Assembly: GCA_003144275.1 (NCBI GenBank)
Contig: NJBF01000008.1
Span: 66,932 to 98,931, forward strand
Length of the DNA stretch: 32,000 nucleotides
Direction of reading: 5' to 3'
Source: Candidatus Heimdallarchaeota archaeon B3_Heim
GTDB lineage: Archaea > Asgardarchaeota > Heimdallarchaeia > Hodarchaeales > Hodarchaeaceae
Under the pieces are notes generated by a model. That model was not told where the DNA came from. It made no database searches and saw only the letters and a list, made by a program, of their open reading frames with translations. Within the stretch, counting starts at the first letter, position 1. Each line of letters starts with the position of its first letter. Shown here in pieces: positions 26,776-32,000 of the stretch. Both the position numbers and the translations under genes were made by a program.

Positions 26776-29288
26776 TTACAAAACTTGTTCTGAAAAATTG
26801 GATGAGTCATTTAGACACCGAATTGAAATTCTCTCCAGGTTTGAATCTCATCTTTGGTGAGAACGGTGTTGGTAAAACTGCTGTGATTCATGCAATTGAT
26901 TTTGCTTTGTCTGGTTTCTCTCCAATCAAAGGAGTTAGCTTGAAGAATCTTGTTAAAATAGGCTCTGATGAAACTGTTGTAAAATTAGATTTTTTCACGT
27001 CGGGAAAACAACAACTTTTCAGAGTTAAAAGAAAAATCTATCGTGACCCAGATCGATCTCAAGATGCCTTCCTCTTCGATTTAAACTATCCAGATCGTCC
27101 TCTAGCAACAGGACGTGATGATGTTAATATGGAAATTAATGTTTTGTTAGGATTACAATCCGATTTATCTAAAGATTTAATTTTCTTTAAAGAAGGTGTG
27201 GTTGGTCTTTACCTGGTAAACACACCAAAAGAAAGAGAAAAACAATTTTATGACCTTTTAAATCTAGAAAAAATAGAGCAATTTAGGAAGATTGTTGTTT
27301 CTTCCACAAATGATGAAAGGGGAGAAAAAAATCGAATAGTTATTCGAATCAAAGAAATTGATGATCGTTTATTAAAGCTCGAAGTAAAAAATCTAGATTT
27401 ATTATCTGAAAGGTTATTGGAGATAGAAAATAAGATAGATTCACTGAAAATTAGCAAAGATGAATTATGGACATCAGATAGCGTTGAAATAAATGAATTT
27501 ACAAGGAAAAAAGAAATAGTACAGAATGAGATTGATAAATTAAAAGAATCTTTATTTAGAAAAGAGAGATCAAAAAAGTCACTTCTTTTGAATTATCGCT
27601 CTCTAAACGAAATGGAGACATTTGTAAAGACTCTTCCTGAGTTAAATACTTCTCTGAATGAATGTCAAGACAAAATAGACAAATATTATGATGAAAGGAG
27701 GATTGAACAGGCTAAAATGGATTTAATACGGAGCCAAAGGAATTTATTAGAATCGACTGAGATTCAAAAAGATCTAAGATGTCCCACATGCTGGAAACCT
27801 TTATCTAGAAATGAAATCTCTGATTTATTACTTGAATCAAAAAAAGAAATTAGTAATCTCCACATTTCTGCAAAAAAATTATCTGACAAAATAATACCTT
27901 TATCCTCGGAAATGAAGGAGATAAAAGATGAAATTGGCAGATTATTTGAAGCTAAGAGCAACATTCCACAACTTTCTATGTTGAAAGAAGAGATAGAAGT
28001 TACTCAAACACGTTTCAATGAGAAGACGGAAGAACTAAGAATTTTAAATGAAAAAATTACCTCAATATCAGATTTCGATAGATCAAAAAGAATAATTGAT
28101 ATTGATAATGAAATTAAATCCCTTTCAATTGAAAAAAGTAAGATTGAGAAAGAATTAAACGTTTTTGAACAGAAAGATGACGAAATGAAGTATTTAGAGA
28201 AATCGAGAAAGGGCTTACTAGACAAATTGGCCAGATGCGAGAAAAAATTAAGAATTCAATATTTTCTTCAAAAGGGGCTTGAATCAATTATTGGTAATTT
28301 TACAAGGAATCTTTTCAAACAGCTTATAGAGAATATACAACCAAGGTTAAGAGATCTTGTGGAGATTGAATTTGATGGTATATCAATAGATCCAAAAGAT
28401 AACATTCTAGTGCTTTATCGCGACCAAGAGAGATTAGATTTTCGACACTTAAGTAGTGGTCAGAAATTGCTAGTGTATCTTGCTTTTCGGCTTGCACTTA
28501 TCGAGATCTTCGGTAGTGTAGACTTCTCAATTGTTGATGAACCCTCTGAGCATTTAGATTCCTATCATTGTAAAACTCTTCGGGACGAGTTCTTCAAACT
28601 TTCACAGTCCGATTTCATACCTTTTAGACAAGCTGTAATTGCTGCGAATGATTCTAGATTTTCTGGACCATTAGGAGAGGATATTGATTATCCCTGGCAA
28701 GTTGTTTATCAATTTAAACTTGATAATGGCAATACTAAAACTAAATCAATTCATAAGAAAAAGAAATTAAAAACAAGAGATGAACTAATACGAGATATAA
28801 CAACGCTTACACTTGACGTTAAAGGAATACCTGAATATATTAAAAATCAAGTTAAGACTAACATTGCAGAAGGGAAAACTCCTAGTTTAAAATTTTTATC
28901 TGGTTCAGTATTAGAGATCATGTTTCAAAGATTATTGGTAGAAAATAATATTGAGTTTAAAGAAATAAGGGAATTCGGTCCATTTTCTTGTGATTTTATT
29001 ATAAATATTGAAAATCAACTTTTTGGAGTCATTATTCAGGGTTCTTCTGAAGATGTAAATGAATTGGAAATGAATTTGGATGAAATTCTCCAAATACTTG
29101 AAAATGCTAAGAGTTTTGGATTAGAAGGAGTATTATTTGTAGTTTATGTTCATACAGAAGGATTATGGAAATTCTCTCAATTAAAAAGTACTGATTTATC
29201 AAAATTAAAGGATTCGAGAGAACAAATTGGGTTAAAAAGCATGAATGAGATATTTAGAATTAATAAGAATGCAGCTACTAGTACTTAA
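26772..29288 (+). CDS. Rad50/SbcC-like SMC ATPase with C-terminal restriction-endonuclease-like domain
   Basis: GENGVGKT, FFKEG (Q-loop region), zinc hook CPTC (aa 337-340), LSSGQ (aa 560), FSIVDEPSEHLD (about aa 585-596), plus a ~170-aa tail GSVLEIMFQRLL..NI.F....CDFII. Confidence 0.9.
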   Translation: MITKLVLKNWMSHLDTELKFSPGLNLIFGENGVGKTAVIHAIDFALSGFSPIKGVSLKNLVKIGSDETVVKLDFFTSGKQQLFRVKRKIYRDPDRSQDAFLFDLNYPDRPLATGRDDVNMEINVLLGLQSDLSKDLIFFKEGVVGLYLVNTPKEREKQFYDLLNLEKIEQFRKIVVSSTNDERGEKNRIVIRIKEIDDRLLKLEVKNLDLLSERLLEIENKIDSLKISKDELWTSDSVEINEFTRKKEIVQNEIDKLKESLFRKERSKKSLLLNYRSLNEMETFVKTLPELNTSLNECQDKIDKYYDERRIEQAKMDLIRSQRNLLESTEIQKDLRCPTCWKPLSRNEISDLLLESKKEISNLHISAKKLSDKIIPLSSEMKEIKDEIGRLFEAKSNIPQLSMLKEEIEVTQTRFNEKTEELRILNEKITSISDFDRSKRIIDIDNEIKSLSIEKSKIEKELNVFEQKDDEMKYLEKSRKGLLDKLARCEKKLRIQYFLQKGLESIIGNFTRNLFKQLIENIQPRLRDLVEIEFDGISIDPKDNILVLYRDQERLDFRHLSSGQKLLVYLAFRLALIEIFGSVDFSIVDEPSEHLDSYHCKTLRDEFFKLSQSDFIPFRQAVIAANDSRFSGPLGEDIDYPWQVVYQFKLDNGNTKTKSIHKKKKLKTRDELIRDITTLTLDVKGIPEYIKNQVKTNIAEGKTPSLKFLSGSVLEIMFQRLLVENNIEFKEIREFGPFSCDFIINIENQLFGVIIQGSSEDVNELEMNLDEILQILENAKSFGLEGVLFVVYVHTEGLWKFSQLKSTDLSKLKDSREQIGLKSMNEIFRINKNAATST

Positions 29289-29297
29289 GGTGATTTT

Positions 29298-30875
29298 TTG
29301 AACTATCAGAAAGTCCTTGATCAAATCAAAGGATTATCAATAGTTTTAGATGAAAATGCTCTCTTTTTCCTACTGAAGGGTAAAATATTATCAGTACTCT
29401 GGAATAAGTTTGATGATCTAGGTATAAAGTTAAAGATGACAAAAAATAGTCTTGAAAGAATTAACTTATTAGAGGGACGTGATCCTAAATCTGAAGAATC
29501 ATTTATTAATGATGAATTCATGGCAGAGTTTCAAGATCTTAAACAGTACATTAATTTAAATGGCATCCAAACTCCAGAGGTGGAGCTAACAGGTGTGAAT
29601 AGTTGGTTTAATGTTCTAAATATGAATAGTGAGGAGCCAATCCTCTGGGAACCCTTAGCACTAATTTCTAGAATAAATAATGTTGGAGAGAAATTCTTCC
29701 TTGTTAGTGATAATCCATACTTGAATGAAATTCTTGTTCAGGTCAAAATAAAGGAGTTTATTCAAACAGAATTTCTAATGTTTTCTTCTTATGAGTTTGT
29801 ACTTCTATTTTTCACAATTTGTACCTTTTCGCATGAACAATTGATTAAATTTCAATTGATATATTATAAAAACATAATAATAACTACTAATGAAACAGAA
29901 GAGTATAGACGTCGGGAACTTGAAAAATTCATTCAAGAGGAAACTCCTAGAGCTTTGGATAACAAACCTCATTTTCATGATCCAATGTTAAATAATCTAG
30001 AGATCCATGATCTTATAAAAAACTGTAATGAAATTAATTTAGAACGATATAAAATTATTGGTAATTATGTACGATTTGATGAATCAAGCAGGAACAAAAT
30101 CATCGAGTTGGTAGAAAGGGTGGGTCAAAATCTTCAGTCAAATAAGATTAATTATAAAAATTTTATAATATGGGCTCCTCCAGGAACGGGCAAAACCTTT
30201 CTAATAAGAGAAATAGCAAATGAATATTTATCAGGAGAAAATTCATTTGATGAAATAAATCTAAAAGATTTCACTAATGAAGAAGAATTAATAGAAAGGC
30301 TTTCATTAATTATTGAAGAATCAAATCAAGTTCAGAAAATTGTTCTTTTTGATGAGATTGATTCACATCTAGATAGTACCTGGGTATTTGAGGTTATACT
30401 AAACTTTTGTGATAGAGTATGTCAGTCTATTTTTTCTCCTTTGATCTTTTTTGCAGGTAGTTCAAATGGTAATATAGAAAATTTCATTAGATATTCGATA
30501 GCTTCAAGACCGAAAGGTAGCGATGTAACAGATAGAGTTTTCACTGAAAATCGATTTTCTATTCCTGAATTTACAAATGAGGATCGTTTTGCACTATTTG
30601 TTTCTAAAATTCTTAAGAATAATGAATCGAGATTAAGACCTATAAGATATATCGAAAAAGCTGTCTTGATATGTCTTTTACGTGATCCAAAATACTTTAC
30701 TGCAAGACAATTAACAGAATGCATAAATAGATGTTTAGATTATATAGGAGAATATGATCTAAGATTAACGTTCGAAAAACATATACTTACCTTAGGTTAT
30801 CCATCATTTAGGGTTTTTTTTTACGAATACCATAATGATGATGAAATTTTCGGAAAATTTATCGAAATTAGATAG
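29298..30875 (+). CDS. PIN-like domain fused to an AAA+ ATPase
   Basis: N-terminal SIVLDENAL...FLVSDNPYL (PIN-like); C-terminal IIWAPPGTGKT, VLFDEIDS, KGSDVTDRV, TARQL; SD GGTGA, 9 nt after the SMC stop. Confidence 0.75.
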   Translation: MNYQKVLDQIKGLSIVLDENALFFLLKGKILSVLWNKFDDLGIKLKMTKNSLERINLLEGRDPKSEESFINDEFMAEFQDLKQYINLNGIQTPEVELTGVNSWFNVLNMNSEEPILWEPLALISRINNVGEKFFLVSDNPYLNEILVQVKIKEFIQTEFLMFSSYEFVLLFFTICTFSHEQLIKFQLIYYKNIIITTNETEEYRRRELEKFIQEETPRALDNKPHFHDPMLNNLEIHDLIKNCNEINLERYKIIGNYVRFDESSRNKIIELVERVGQNLQSNKINYKNFIIWAPPGTGKTFLIREIANEYLSGENSFDEINLKDFTNEEELIERLSLIIEESNQVQKIVLFDEIDSHLDSTWVFEVILNFCDRVCQSIFSPLIFFAGSSNGNIENFIRYSIASRPKGSDVTDRVFTENRFSIPEFTNEDRFALFVSKILKNNESRLRPIRYIEKAVLICLLRDPKYFTARQLTECINRCLDYIGEYDLRLTFEKHILTLGYPSFRVFFYEYHNDDEIFGKFIEIR

Positions 30876-31133
30876 AAGTAGATAGCAATCTATGAATTTT
30901 TAAGATAAGAAAAATCAGTAGTCAGACCTTTTTATAGTTTTGAACAGATTTTTTATTTTTTCCAAAAAATTGTTATCATAGCATTTTCATAAAACTCTTA
31001 TTATGAGCTGTATCATGTGAGAATTTATAAAGATCTACTGGTGTTAATCCAGCCTTTGACGTCATTCTTTTGCAGATTATTCATAAACAATGAGGAAAAA
31101 AGATTGATAAATTTCTCCAGCCAAATAAACTTT

Positions 31134-31679
31134 TCAATTCTCCGAGAAATGATATTCTAATGTTCCAGATTTTATATTATGGTCACTAAGAATACGTTCC
31201 TTCAACTCAGAAGCATTTTTGTTGAATACATGATGAAGATAGACCGTTCCCCCTTGAATTATAATTATTAAACTTATTAGGGTTAATATTAATGCTAGAT
31301 TTAAATATAAATGAAAATTCATTATTATTTCCTCTAAATTGAAGATTGATGAAATAATTGCCAGGATTACTGGTGATGTAAAGAAACTTCTAATATTTGC
31401 TCTGAAAAGATTTGTTTCCTCAATTTGCTTGATTTCTTTTGAGGTTCCCTGTGTTACTAAACCGAGCTCATATAAAATTAACTTCTTTCTGAAATATGTA
31501 AACAAAAATGCATTAGCATAAATACAGATTAATATGAAACTAAATATTAATGCAACATTTTGCCTATTTGTACTATCTATGGAGGAGTTTTCAGCGAATA
31601 CAGAAAATACGACATATACAGAACTTACAACTGAAATGAGATATATTGTTAACCGAGATAAATACTGATAGAAATTCAC
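31134..31679 (-). CDS. Small multi-pass membrane protein (about 4 TM)
   Basis: Four hydrophobic segments in 181 aa. Confidence 0.7.
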   Translation of the reverse strand: MNFYQYLSRLTIYLISVVSSVYVVFSVFAENSSIDSTNRQNVALIFSFILICIYANAFLFTYFRKKLILYELGLVTQGTSKEIKQIEETNLFRANIRSFFTSPVILAIISSIFNLEEIIMNFHLYLNLALILTLISLIIIIQGGTVYLHHVFNKNASELKERILSDHNIKSGTLEYHFSEN

Positions 31680-31879
31680 TCTTGTTGGTTTCCCATCTAT
31701 CTGAAATATTTTCTTTCCTTCAAATTCTTTATTACATAATTATTCAATCTCGTTTCCAAATGATCTATACTTTACGAGATAGAATAATTTCATTGCTAAA
31801 AATGAGAGGGAATAAAAAACCAGAGACCCTGATATTAGAAACATAATATAAATCAAGAAAGAACTTAAAATATCAGTCT

Positions 31880-31999
31880 TCACGCATCACCTCTGGGAAA
31901 AGCCACGAGAGGGAAAATCTCATCGCGTAATAGACGAAGAAATCTTCGAGCGGTGAATTGTAAAGAATCTACTTGTTTAATGACAAAATAATCAGGATT
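31880..31999 (-). CDS. C-terminal end of a gene running in from beyond the window
   Basis: Open frame NPDYFVIKQVDSLQFTARRFLRLLRDEIFPLVAFPRGDA* from the window edge. Confidence 0.45.
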   Translation of the reverse strand, partial: NPDYFVIKQVDSLQFTARRFLRLLRDEIFPLVAFPRGDA

Positions 32000-32000
32000 A

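Noticed and set aside
26772-29288. Calling this the housekeeping rad50 or Wadjet JetC
   Set aside because: No mre11/herA/nurA or jetABD neighbours in the window; it has a zinc hook rather than a hinge and an extra C-terminal domain, so no gene symbol was given.
34-31846. Short antisense or overlapping ORF-track entries (e.g. 34-216, 3336-3545, 6218-6400, 7721-7912, 8944-9153, 9254-9484, 9758-10123, 12468-12910, 13188-13379, 19627-19944, 20492-20776, 22766-23187, 23965-24156, 27248-28225, 29321-29521, 30422-30724, 31339-31521, 31646-31846)
   Set aside because: Shadow frames of longer, motif-supported genes; no recognisable motifs.
1-32000. tRNA, CRISPR array, integrase, IS element or att repeats bounding the island
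   Set aside because: None found by eye; short att repeats cannot be excluded without a computational search.

Overview
AT-rich archaeal DNA, most consistent with an Asgard (Heimdallarchaeia-like) genome. The evidence is an HMf-type histone, archaeal TATA and SD signals, and Rag-like, LRR-small-GTPase and Orc1/Cdc6-like genes; the taxon is inferred, not proven. 1-13.9 kb is ordinary chromosome: DNA MTase C-terminus, histone, orphan response regulator, two tandem double-Lrp-like regulators, TPR protein, sfsA, dinB, membrane proteins, an HEXXH protein and a PadR/HAAS operon. 14-18.8 kb contains a higher-GC, decaying minus-strand module (15.2-18.8 kb) that the ORF track fragments: an interrupted Orc1/Cdc6-like gene, a frameshifted Rag/Gtr1-like GTPase, DUF4177 and an LRR-pseudo-GTPase. 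18.9-31.7 kb is a low-GC probable defence island. It holds a Schlafen AlbA_2-2TM protein, a nuclease fragment, and a cluster of two hypotheticals plus an ABC-type DUF3696-like ATPase and a PIN gene broken by one in-frame stop. It also holds an operon of CD-NTase (CBASS) remnant, 58-aa ORF, Rad50-like SMC fused to a nuclease-like domain (no Mre11 in the window) and a PIN-AAA+ fusion. No tRNA, rRNA, CRISPR array, integrase or transposase was seen. All family assignments come from motif recognition by eye, not database searches.
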